DNA from: a virus
Taxonomy: Duplodnaviria > Caudoviricetes
IMG/VR virus record: IMGVR_UViG_3300011258_000154
Location: 1-50,366 of that record
Length of the DNA stretch: 50,366 nucleotides
Direction: 5' to 3' (one strand)
In this document: positions 27,550 to 35,844 of the stretch, one piece after another
Numbering within the stretch: position 1 is the stretch's first letter
Layout: each line of letters opens with the position of its first letter
Made by a program: the position numbers and the translations under genes
Notes under the pieces: generated by a model
What the model was told of the DNA's origin: nothing
Database searches by the model: none
What the model saw: the letters and a program-made list of their open reading frames with translations, nothing else

Positions 27550-27768
27550 ACTACTTGGAGATATAAGAATATAGATAAAATGCCCCAATGGGTAAAAGAA
27601 CAGTCGAGCATTCGTGAAGGACTTGAGCATATTATTTTTATGCATACAATGGAGGGCGAAAAACCTGCCGTTGTAGGGGATTATATCTACATGGATTCAA
27701 GAGGCCATGTGCATGTATATAAAGAAAATCCAAAGAAAAGTTTGTTTTTTAAGATATTTAATCGATAA
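27547..27768 (+). CDS. hypothetical early protein
   Basis: MPQWV..HTMEG...AVVGDYI; follows H3. Confidence 0.75.
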   Translation: MTTWRYKNIDKMPQWVKEQSSIREGLEHIIFMHTMEGEKPAVVGDYIYMDSRGHVHVYKENPKKSLFFKIFNR

Positions 27769-27773
27769 AGTAC

Positions 27774-27802
27774 TTGTAATTGCTCGTATTTGCTATTATA
27801 TA
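27774..27802 (+). promoter_or_regulatory. early promoter-like element P2
   Basis: TTGTAA-17-TATATA (also TATAAT at 27801); near-identical to P1. Confidence 0.65.
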
Positions 27803-27830
27803 TAATATATAACCAAAAGGGAGAAAAAAA

Positions 27831-28391
27831 ATGGCATATGATGAAACATTAGGAAGTAAAGAGCGTTACTACGATGCAATCGATTATTATAGAATGGAAA
27901 ATGCACGAAAAGGCAAAATGAACAAATGGTTAAAAGATGTTCCTGATGCTCAAGAAATTCATGATTTTCTTATTGATAAAAATCATGGTTTTTTAGGTGA
28001 TCTTAACACTAGCATTTATAAGTATGGTAGCCTGACTGAAAATCAAACCAATGCTGTTCGTAAAATTATTGCTAACAATGTTAAACGCGCAGAGGCTCTA
28101 GAGGTAAAAAAAGCCGAAGAAGCTGAGGCAAGTGATTGGGTTGGCGTTGTAGGCGAACGTACTGAGTTCGACCTTACTGTTCAGCACGTTGCGACATTTG
28201 ATGGACATTACGGAACTGTTTACTTTAATATTTGTAAAGATGCAGATGACAACGTAGTTGTTTACAAAGGATCAAATGGTTGGGAAAAATCAACTAACGT
28301 AAAGTGTGTAGCAAAAATCAAAGAACACAGTGAGCGCGAAGGTGTAAAACAAACAATCATTCAGAGGCCAACAGTAAAGGAAGTAATATGA
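27831..28391 (+). CDS. early protein with C-terminal OB-fold-like domain
   Basis: YGSLTENQ..VGVVGER..GHYG...KD.DDNVVVY..KIKEHSEREGVKQTIIQRP; GGGAG leader; fold is an inference. Confidence 0.7.
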   Translation: MAYDETLGSKERYYDAIDYYRMENARKGKMNKWLKDVPDAQEIHDFLIDKNHGFLGDLNTSIYKYGSLTENQTNAVRKIIANNVKRAEALEVKKAEEAEASDWVGVVGERTEFDLTVQHVATFDGHYGTVYFNICKDADDNVVVYKGSNGWEKSTNVKCVAKIKEHSEREGVKQTIIQRPTVKEVI

Positions 28392-28567
28392 AATTTGGAA
28401 TGCAATTTACAAAAGGTGAGCTTAATCTAATCTTAAAGGGATTAAGCTCTCTCAGTGAGGCTAAGATGCTTCACGGCAGAATCTCTGCGTTAATTAAAAA
28501 CGCAGAGCATAGAAAAGCAACTGATGATGGGATTTACAAAACGCTCCCAGTGAATAAATTAAAATGA
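28388..28567 (+). CDS. 59-aa hypothetical protein (not in ORF track)
   Basis: MKFGMQFTKGELNLILKGL...; ATGA overlap and AAGGA RBS. Confidence 0.65.
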   Translation: MKFGMQFTKGELNLILKGLSSLSEAKMLHGRISALIKNAEHRKATDDGIYKTLPVNKLK

Positions 28568-28734
28568 GTATTAAACCTCGAAAACATTGTAGTGAATGTC
28601 TAGGCGAAGGCATCATAGAAATCCTTGAGGTTGTCAGGGCAAGTGGTGATTATACCTACGCAGAGCTAGAGCATGTTGATGATAAAACTTGCGATTGGTG
28701 CGAGGGATCAGGAGAGGAGCCTGTTATTCATTAA
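28564..28734 (+). CDS. 56-aa DnaJ-type zinc-finger protein (not in ORF track)
   Basis: CSECLGEG ... CDWCEGSG (two CxxCxGxG); ATGA overlap. Confidence 0.75.
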   Translation: MSIKPRKHCSECLGEGIIEILEVVRASGDYTYAELEHVDDKTCDWCEGSGEEPVIH

Positions 28735-29300
28735 AGTGTACCAGCACCAATGTCTGCTTGATCTATAGCAGTACCTGCCTTTTCTTCAATTTTTTCCATT
28801 TCTTTATTTCTTTTTGGCATCATATTATATAAAGCCTTTAATGCACCAAAACTACCTTTTACAATTGGCGCACCGATTGCCGCTCCAACGCCAAATTCAA
28901 CCAATGCGTCTGGGCTACCAACTTCAGGCATTCTCTTTAAGATTTCCTTTTGGTATTCTGAACTTCCTTTTTCTATTCCCTCAGATTCCAATCTAGCGTC
29001 AAGCTCTTCCCTAATTGCATCTCTGTACTTATTCATTTCTACGCCATACAAATATGCATTTATAGCATTTCCGAGATCTGACGCTATTGGGATTCTGTAG
29101 CCAGTTAAATCTTCTGATATTTGCCCACCTACATCTAATTGATATGGATCAAGACTAACACTAAAATTATCTAGGCGAGGATCTCTACCCCCGACAGATT
29201 GCCCTAAAGAATTAATCTCACCCGTAGCACCTGCGGCCGAACCTGCTGGCTTTCGTGATAACATATTTCTTAAAATTTGTTGTGGTGTAAGTTCTGCCAT
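28731..29300 (-). CDS. hypothetical protein, possibly virion-associated
   Basis: 189-aa ORF with GGAG RBS; last gene of the portal operon, convergent with the plus-strand island. Confidence 0.65.
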   Translation of the reverse strand: MAELTPQQILRNMLSRKPAGSAAGATGEINSLGQSVGGRDPRLDNFSVSLDPYQLDVGGQISEDLTGYRIPIASDLGNAINAYLYGVEMNKYRDAIREELDARLESEGIEKGSSEYQKEILKRMPEVGSPDALVEFGVGAAIGAPIVKGSFGALKALYNMMPKRNKEMEKIEEKAGTAIDQADIGAGTL

Positions 29301-29491
29301 TAGGTATCTCCTGCGGATAGTTCTCTGGCCAGTATTCTTAATGTCTCTTGGAAGCCCTTATCTAGCTCCTTAGCGGCCTTAGCAAACTTTTTAGGGCTTA
29401 TGTCATCACTATCCAGACCTCGCCTCTCTAGGAACTTCTTAGCCGCTCTAATCTCCGCTTGGGCTACCTTTTTAATTGCCGCTCTTGCCAT
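29300..29491 (-). CDS. small basic helical protein
   Basis: MARAAIKKVAQAEIRAAKKFL..; GAGG RBS. Confidence 0.7.
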   Translation of the reverse strand: MARAAIKKVAQAEIRAAKKFLERRGLDSDDISPKKFAKAAKELDKGFQETLRILARELSAGDT

Positions 29492-29497
29492 AATACC

Positions 29498-29755
29498 TCA
29501 CCATGCCTTGCACGACCAATATCGTGCTTTTGTTTTAGGGCCAGGATTATCGCAATTATGTCTCGCCCTGAAATTCTTCCTACGTCCTGCCTGTGTCTTT
29601 TTAATCTTCATGTTAGGATCTCCGAAGGTTACCCTTTTGACCTTATCGCCATCTGAGACATATACAACCGACTTCTTCTTGCCGTAACTTGTCTCACCCT
29701 TAGCAATGCGTCTGGGTTTATTTAATTTTACACTCTTACCTTTGTATGTTGCCAT
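29498..29755 (-). CDS. small basic Cys/Trp phage protein
   Basis: V.LNKP..KK..VYV..VTFGDPNMKIK..RRKNFRARHNC..ARYWSCKAW; family common in aquatic phages. Confidence 0.8.
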   Translation of the reverse strand: MATYKGKSVKLNKPRRIAKGETSYGKKKSVVYVSDGDKVKRVTFGDPNMKIKKTQAGRRKNFRARHNCDNPGPKTKARYWSCKAW

Positions 29756-30507
29756 TACTGCGCTCCTTTTGGTAATGCCCCAAAATTCAATCTAGGTAAA
29801 TCAGATAAACCTACTTCAGAATTTATTTTTTTTACTTCAGCGTCATTTAAAACACGATTTACTTTCATTGAACCACTAATAAGCCAATTCCCTTGCATGT
29901 TTGGATTTGTTTTATACTTATAAAAACCACCCACTGGAAGTTGGTCAGTTATGTGAGCCTCTCGAAGATTTATCTCTCCCTTTCTAGGCCCACTTTTAAC
30001 AGTGCTTGCACGATTAATAGCTTCAGACTGCCAATCAACATCATTTGGAAACTCTACTTCTGCCCAAACTTGATTTTCAGGTCTAAAATCTGGTTTAGTT
30101 AAAGATGCGTTGGATTTTCCTCCAATATGAGTGGCAATAGGATAATCTCCCCCATGCCAACCTGGTCTAAATGCTAATGGCCCAAGTTTTGATTTTACTT
30201 TTCCACTTGTCGTTTGTTCTCCAATTTTAGCGTCTACCCACGAACCTATTTTAATTGGTGATTTAGAATCCACAAATAATGGAAACAATTCATTAGGATT
30301 CTTAGGGTCAATTCTAAATAACTTATACGCTTTAACTGTTTTTTTAGGCTCAGAACCTTTTTCTGGCTTAACCGCAATATCTTCAGTTATAGTATCTATT
30401 TTTCTTGCAACATCATCATTAATTGCTGAACCAAATTTATCACCTAGATAATCAATAAAATCATCAGCTTTATTTACAATACTTTTAAGCGCACCAGCTC
30501 TACTCAT
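29755..30507 (-). CDS. stand-alone enzyme-like domain resembling modules of phage polyvalent proteins
   Basis: KAYKLFR..LFPLFV..LAFRPGWH.G..P.A.HIG..VWAEVE..YKYKTNPN..WLISGSMKVNRVL; family link recalled, not searched. Confidence 0.55.
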   Translation of the reverse strand: MSRAGALKSIVNKADDFIDYLGDKFGSAINDDVARKIDTITEDIAVKPEKGSEPKKTVKAYKLFRIDPKNPNELFPLFVDSKSPIKIGSWVDAKIGEQTTSGKVKSKLGPLAFRPGWHGGDYPIATHIGGKSNASLTKPDFRPENQVWAEVEFPNDVDWQSEAINRASTVKSGPRKGEINLREAHITDQLPVGGFYKYKTNPNMQGNWLISGSMKVNRVLNDAEVKKINSEVGLSDLPRLNFGALPKGAQ

Positions 30508-30662
30508 TAGCCCTTGTGTACCTTCTGTATATCGAACGATGCTTTCTTACTTGCGCCCTTGTGTGGCTTGTAGCCACCAGTAGGGTTCTTCATTAGCTTA
30601 AAACTAGCCCCAGACTTCATCCAGTGGTAACCTTTGGGAGCTTCTACTGCTTTTTTTGCCAT
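30507..30662 (-). CDS. 51-aa basic protein (not in ORF track)
   Basis: MAKKAVEAPKGYHWMKSGASFKLMKNPTGGYKPHKGASKKASFDIQKVHKG*; TAATG overlaps at both ends. Confidence 0.8.
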   Translation of the reverse strand: MAKKAVEAPKGYHWMKSGASFKLMKNPTGGYKPHKGASKKASFDIQKVHKG

Positions 30663-30898
30663 TACTTCTTACCTTTCCAGTTGGTACGTTTTGCACTTGT
30701 CTTTCGTTTTGTAGCCGCCTTGCCTGCCTTAGTCTTACACTGCGCCATAGTCGGACGGCAAGCAGGATAACCTTTTCTCTTGCTAGAAGTGCGTGACTTC
30801 CTACCACAAGGCTTGCCTGTCTTACAGTCTACCCAACCCTTACCGCTGTTCTGGGAGAACCATGTTCTTAAACTATTACTACTTCTTTTTTTTGGCAC
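30662..30898 (-). CDS. small basic Cys-containing protein
   Basis: LRTWF..WVDCKTGKPCGR..YPACRP. Confidence 0.75.
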   Translation of the reverse strand: MPKKRSSNSLRTWFSQNSGKGWVDCKTGKPCGRKSRTSSKRKGYPACRPTMAQCKTKAGKAATKRKTSAKRTNWKGKK

Positions 30899-31052
30899 TT
30901 TTCTTACCCCAGTTCTTAGCTCCTACTTTTCTACACTTAACTAAAGCACCTGATCCATATGCACTTGGCCATGTACCACCATTTCTAGTGTAACGTGCTT
31001 TTACCTTTTTATAACAGGCATCTCTTTTTGGTTTTTTCTTTTTTGCAGGCAT
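30879..31052 (-). CDS. 57-aa basic protein (not in ORF track)
   Basis: MPAKKKKPKRDACYKKVKARYTRNGGTWPSAYGSGALVKCRKVGAKNWGKKSAKKKK*; AAAGGAG RBS. Confidence 0.8.
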   Translation of the reverse strand: MPAKKKKPKRDACYKKVKARYTRNGGTWPSAYGSGALVKCRKVGAKNWGKKSAKKKK

Positions 31053-31054
31053 AA

Positions 31055-32974
31055 TTACTGCACTCCTTTCGGTAATGCACCAAGTCCAAGGTTGTCTAAT
31101 TGAATATCAGTGAGGTTTTTTAATCGTTCTGTATCAGTTCCAATTCTATTGGACTGACTACTTCCGTTATCATCTCGTAGATTCCGACTATCTCGTCCTC
31201 CGTCACCTTCTCCACTGATCCTCTTTTCTCCAGACGACGAAGAAGAGCGTTGTCCATGAGCCTTCGTTGACGGGCCGTTGTTGCCTGAAGCCTTTGATCC
31301 CCCAAAGCCTTCCCAACTTTTATCGAATACTCGTCTTGTTGCATCAATTCTCTCCTTATCTGTTCCTGTCCATTTCATTGCGACGACTTCAGGCATACCC
31401 ATACTTTCATCCCACCCTTCAATCTTCCATTGACGAATAAGATCATCGTAGGCGGCTTGCCCTCTTTCACTTATATAGTATTTGCTATCAAATGCAATGC
31501 TTTTAATTGGTTTAAATCCGTATTCCTCATAAGTTTCTGGTAAAAAACCATCTGGATATTTTTTAGATTTAACTGCAAAAGCGTTTAAGATTGTTGCGCC
31601 TTCCTCAATAGCCTTACCTAATACCGCAGGTGACGCAACACCTTTTGCTCCAAGCTCATTGCTAACAACCCCAACAAGATCAACTTCGTTAGGGCCGAGT
31701 TCTATTCCCATCCAAGAATAATCAGGATCTTTATTTAAAGCAAATTGAATACTACTATCATCGCCAAGTCCGTATGCTTTAAATTTTCCAGATTTAACCA
31801 TTTCATTAATATAGCTAGGACTGTAAGGCTCTAATGAAGGAAAAGACGCACTGTTCTCTAAATTTCTTGAGAATTGTGTGGTACTAAAACCGCCTTCTTT
31901 TACAGAAACTCCAGAAGTTCTCCACCTGTTATTTAAACTATCCCGAAGTAATAAAGCCTTTCTCGGCCCTAATCCTTCGTAGTCAGTTGTTCTTGTAATA
32001 AGATCGGCTTTGTTTTTAGTCATAAGCTCTGTAGGCAAAGCTCTTTCAAAAGTATATTGAAATTGATTTAATGGTCGAGGCGCACCTTTTAAAACTCCAT
32101 ATTTTTCAAAAAATTCTGGATTCATAGTTCGCCAATTTACAGGCTGATTAAATCTTCCTATTATTTCACCACCAATGCCGTGGGAATACGCCCTATTTGT
32201 GGGTAGTCCTTCCTCAGCTAAATTTACAAATTTATTATCAGGCTTTATAAGTAATAAAGAATCCATTGGATTAACACCTGCAAATTCTTTTTGCATTGTT
32301 TCATCTAAAATTCTTCCGATATTCGGAACGCCTAATTTTTGCATACCAGGTTGGGCTAACTTATCTACTAAAATTTTTCTAGCATCAAAACTTAATGCAT
32401 CCATATATTCATCTATATTTTCTGATTGAAAGCCAGGAAAGTCAGCAAGACGTTGAGCGTCTTTATTCTTAGACATTTTTCCGTAGTTTGAAATTTCATC
32501 ATTAATAGATTTTAATGCCTTTGGGTCTATACGACCAGTATCCATATAGGCTTCTATTGTTCCTAATATGTTGTCCATTGTAATAAGGTTAGACCTATGG
32601 GTTCCTTGCCCCATTGCCGATACAGAATATAAATCTGCGCCAGCTCTAGGAGCCTTACCTTCAGAGGCAAAAGCTAGTCCTGCGTCTTTATACTTTGGTA
32701 AAGCTCCGTAAAGAGGGCCACCTGTTAATTCTGAGAATCTAGTAGTTCCTGCCGCATCAATTCCTTTATAAATATCGCCAGTCTTTAAAAGATCCGCAGG
32801 TAATGTTCCTATTTTTGCTCCAACTAAATCTTTAGGATCAACAACAGGAATATTTTTATATTCAACTTTAGGTTGGTCTTTATACTTTTGTAATACCTTT
32901 TGTAAGGTTGTTCCAATGTCTTTGAAACGTCTACCTGATAAAACACCTTTTGCAATATCATCTAAAAGAGCCAT
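31055..32974 (-). CDS. large putative virion-cargo protein with C-terminal GNAT-like domain
   Basis: VDLVGVVSNELGAKGV..AIEEGATILNAF..GFLPETYEEYGF resembles GNAT motifs A/B; ends GALPKGVQ. Confidence 0.55.
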   Translation of the reverse strand: MALLDDIAKGVLSGRRFKDIGTTLQKVLQKYKDQPKVEYKNIPVVDPKDLVGAKIGTLPADLLKTGDIYKGIDAAGTTRFSELTGGPLYGALPKYKDAGLAFASEGKAPRAGADLYSVSAMGQGTHRSNLITMDNILGTIEAYMDTGRIDPKALKSINDEISNYGKMSKNKDAQRLADFPGFQSENIDEYMDALSFDARKILVDKLAQPGMQKLGVPNIGRILDETMQKEFAGVNPMDSLLLIKPDNKFVNLAEEGLPTNRAYSHGIGGEIIGRFNQPVNWRTMNPEFFEKYGVLKGAPRPLNQFQYTFERALPTELMTKNKADLITRTTDYEGLGPRKALLLRDSLNNRWRTSGVSVKEGGFSTTQFSRNLENSASFPSLEPYSPSYINEMVKSGKFKAYGLGDDSSIQFALNKDPDYSWMGIELGPNEVDLVGVVSNELGAKGVASPAVLGKAIEEGATILNAFAVKSKKYPDGFLPETYEEYGFKPIKSIAFDSKYYISERGQAAYDDLIRQWKIEGWDESMGMPEVVAMKWTGTDKERIDATRRVFDKSWEGFGGSKASGNNGPSTKAHGQRSSSSSGEKRISGEGDGGRDSRNLRDDNGSSQSNRIGTDTERLKNLTDIQLDNLGLGALPKGVQ

Positions 32975-33012
32975 TTTAATTACCTGTTAAAAGATTAATT
33001 CTATCTTCTTTT

Positions 33013-33177
33013 TTACTTTTTAGCTTTTTCTGATAGAATCAAACCAAGTACCGAACAACCAAGCCCGATAAACAGCCCTTCACCTCCAAGACCTAAAATT
33101 AATGAAAGAGCTATAATTCCTATTCCAACTGCACCCCAACTTGACGGCTCAGATAGTCTGTTCATAATCCATTTCAT
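33013..33177 (-). CDS. 54-aa two-TM membrane protein (not in ORF track)
   Basis: MKWIMNRLSEPSSWGAVGIGIIALSLILGLGGEGLFIGLGCSVLGLILSEKAKK*; ATGA overlap. Confidence 0.75.
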   Translation of the reverse strand: MKWIMNRLSEPSSWGAVGIGIIALSLILGLGGEGLFIGLGCSVLGLILSEKAKK

Positions 33178-33311
33178 GTTCTTTTCCTTCCTTTTGTTTT
33201 ATAGCCAGAGGCATAAATCGCTCTGCCCTGACGCTCTGCTTGCTTCTTAGTCTTGTAAATCTTTCCAGACTTACCCCATCGGTAACCACCTTTAACTTTC
33301 GTTACAGGCAT
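33174..33311 (-). CDS. 45-aa basic protein (not in ORF track)
   Basis: MPVTKVKGGYRWGKSGKIYKTKKQAERQGRAIYASGYKTKGRKRT*; GGAGGT RBS. Confidence 0.8.
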   Translation of the reverse strand: MPVTKVKGGYRWGKSGKIYKTKKQAERQGRAIYASGYKTKGRKRT

Positions 33312-33590
33312 TTAACCTCCAAGAATCTTATTCATCATTTCGTGAACATCGCCAGAACCGACTTTCATCACTTTGACTTTCATATTCTTGCCGTCATCCA
33401 TCATTTCCATGTCTTCCTCTTCGTACTCTTCATCATCGTACATGCCGTACTCACCATGATGGCAGAGCAATAGGAAGTTCACAAGCTGATCGTCACTCAT
33501 GTCTAAACCATCTGCATTGTGAGGGAAGCCCATTTTCTCTTCGAAGAGTTCTGCATTCTCTTCCATGTTCTCTACATTTACTTCAGCCAT
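33312..33590 (-). CDS. small acidic protein
   Basis: 92 aa, Asp/Glu/Met-rich; AAGGAG RBS. Confidence 0.7.
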   Translation of the reverse strand: MAEVNVENMEENAELFEEKMGFPHNADGLDMSDDQLVNFLLLCHHGEYGMYDDEEYEEEDMEMMDDGKNMKVKVMKVGSGDVHEMMNKILGG

Positions 33591-33601
33591 TTTATTCTCC
33601 T

Positions 33602-34261
33602 TTATCTATTATCCATACTCATTCTTTGTCTTCTAATTGCGTCTAATTCTGCATCAGTCATTGGGCCTGATGGTGGACTTACATTTATACTCATTCTTTG
33701 TCTTCTAATTGCTTTTTCTAGGTCGGTCATTGCGCCTGATGGTGGACTTACATCCATACTCATTCGCTGTCTTCTAAATGCGTCTAATTCTGCATCAGTC
33801 ATTGGGCCTGAGCCTTCAACATTCATCGCATTTCTATATGCATCCAACTCTGCATTAGATGTAGAACCTGAACCAATACGACCTAAAGCACCCATAGGAG
33901 CATCTGGTTCCCCACCAAACATTTGTCCTAAAGTATCCATAACAGATCTCATTGTAGCCCTTGGATCATTCATTAACCTATCCATAAAACTTTCTTGAGC
34001 CTCAGGAGGTAATGCGTTCATAAACTCTTCGGCCATCATAAACTCTTCGTCAGTCAATGCGCCTGCATTCAGTGCTTCTACGCCTACTTCACGCGGATCT
34101 ATTGCGCCCATAGCTCCGTACATATCATCGCCAGTTCCGCCTGGTGGTACTGATAATTGAACTCTTTCATCTTGAATAATTGGATCACGATCTATTTCAG
34201 CCTGAGCAATCATTCTGTCTAGTTCTATTTGCTCTTTTAATTGTTCTTCTGTCATTGCCAT
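33602..34261 (-). CDS. acidic Met-rich protein with C-terminal tandem repeats
   Basis: SG(P/A)MTD(AELD/LEK)A(F/I)RRQRMS unit x3 plus a degenerate copy. Confidence 0.7.
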   Translation of the reverse strand: MAMTEEQLKEQIELDRMIAQAEIDRDPIIQDERVQLSVPPGGTGDDMYGAMGAIDPREVGVEALNAGALTDEEFMMAEEFMNALPPEAQESFMDRLMNDPRATMRSVMDTLGQMFGGEPDAPMGALGRIGSGSTSNAELDAYRNAMNVEGSGPMTDAELDAFRRQRMSMDVSPPSGAMTDLEKAIRRQRMSINVSPPSGPMTDAELDAIRRQRMSMDNR

Positions 34262-34274
34262 TATTTTATTCCTT

Positions 34275-35612
34275 CTATGACGCTATTGGTAAATTATATG
34301 CCTCAGTTGGTCTGCCTCTTCTCCAATCAGAACCCTCCTCAGCGTAATAGCCAGCATTAGGAGCCGTGTAATATTCTCCTGTAACTGGGTTATAAAAGTC
34401 TGTTAGGACTTGCGCTGATGGGCCACTACCGCTGTATATACCTGCTGGTGAAACACTCGCCATGTAGGTCGGCTGACCTGACCCAAACTTACCTCCGTAA
34501 GAGCTTTGACCTATAAGGGTTGGATCGCTTGGAGCATATTTTCTATAATTAAAATACATTGATTGTTCATCGTCATTATTAACCGGTGGCATTAATTGAT
34601 CGAAAGCATTATTATCATTATCGTTTTCGTTATCAAAATTAAAATATCTAAGCGCACCAGCTTCGCTCATTTTACCGTCAGGCAAATCCTTATACGACGA
34701 GCCAACATCTATAGTTTGATCTCTTTTTATTTGCTCGGCCATAACTTCTTTAAGATCCATGTCTTTACCATATAGATCTTTTGCTTCACTTAAAGAATCT
34801 CTTCCAAGAACTTTATTGATAATACCACTAAAAACACCAGGCTTTTTATTTTTATATCTGTCATAAGCTATCATAGCACCAGCTACGGGAGCCGCTGGCC
34901 CCATCATATTTGCAACTAACGCTGGGCCTACTGTTCCTGCAAGTTTACCTGCAATGCTCTGATAGTCTTCTGTGTATCCAATTTCTGGATCGAAATCAAA
35001 TCGACCAGTTGTAGGATTAAAACTTAACCCAGGAGCACCTGGATATTGAGAATTCTTGTTGTAGACAACTCTATTACCCATGCCGACAGTTCCTATAGGT
35101 GTATATGTAACCCCATCAAAAATAGATCTTTCTATCTTTGGATCTAATGTGCCTTCATCAAAAGCCTGTTGATTAGTGCCATACTTGGAATCTCTTGCAC
35201 CCGTTCTGGCTATTTGACTTAATTTATTTGGACTTGGTAAGTTACCAAGGTCTGTTCCAAAGAAGTTTCCTCTTGCATTTATACCACCAGCGGTAGATCT
35301 TCTTCCCTCATCGTCATACTTAACAAAACTTTGACCTTCGAGCTTTAATCCTTTTTCTGCTAATTGCTCTTCTAAAACATCTCCGTAAGTTGTGTCTGTT
35401 CTATATGATGGGTCAACTTTTGCTCTTGGATCAAGAGTTGGAACCCGTGTATCTAAGTAAGCATCTGCCGCAAACTTTCCTGCATCTCTATCTCTAAAAT
35501 AGGCTCTAGCTTCTGCGGCTGTTTTACCTGCCTTAGAAAACGCTTTCCTTGTTTCCGCATCTTCTGGAGTGGAATTTCCACCCTGATGTCCACCACTACC
35601 ACCAAAACACAT
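34275..35612 (-). CDS. hypothetical virion-associated protein
   Basis: 445 aa starting MCFGGSGG; downstream of portal. Confidence 0.6.
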   Translation of the reverse strand: MCFGGSGGHQGGNSTPEDAETRKAFSKAGKTAAEARAYFRDRDAGKFAADAYLDTRVPTLDPRAKVDPSYRTDTTYGDVLEEQLAEKGLKLEGQSFVKYDDEGRRSTAGGINARGNFFGTDLGNLPSPNKLSQIARTGARDSKYGTNQQAFDEGTLDPKIERSIFDGVTYTPIGTVGMGNRVVYNKNSQYPGAPGLSFNPTTGRFDFDPEIGYTEDYQSIAGKLAGTVGPALVANMMGPAAPVAGAMIAYDRYKNKKPGVFSGIINKVLGRDSLSEAKDLYGKDMDLKEVMAEQIKRDQTIDVGSSYKDLPDGKMSEAGALRYFNFDNENDNDNNAFDQLMPPVNNDDEQSMYFNYRKYAPSDPTLIGQSSYGGKFGSGQPTYMASVSPAGIYSGSGPSAQVLTDFYNPVTGEYYTAPNAGYYAEEGSDWRRGRPTEAYNLPIAS

Positions 35613-35616
35613 AAAA

Positions 35617-35844
35617 CTATCCTCTTCTTACTTGTGGTTGAGCCATAGATGCCATAACGCCATCTAATGCGCCCTGACCCCTGTCACCCCTGATTTCAGC
35701 TATCTTATTCATCAAATACTGCGTCATTACATCACCACCCTGAGGCATTTGACCTTGTGGCATAGGAGGCTGACCCTGTTGTATAACTGGGCCAAATGCC
35801 TGTGGATTAATCGGTGCTATAGAGGCCAACATATCATACGCCAT
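35617..35844 (-). CDS. small Gln/Met/Pro-rich protein
   Basis: Overlaps the portal stop; GGAGG upstream. Confidence 0.6.
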   Translation of the reverse strand: MAYDMLASIAPINPQAFGPVIQQGQPPMPQGQMPQGGDVMTQYLMNKIAEIRGDRGQGALDGVMASMAQPQVRRG

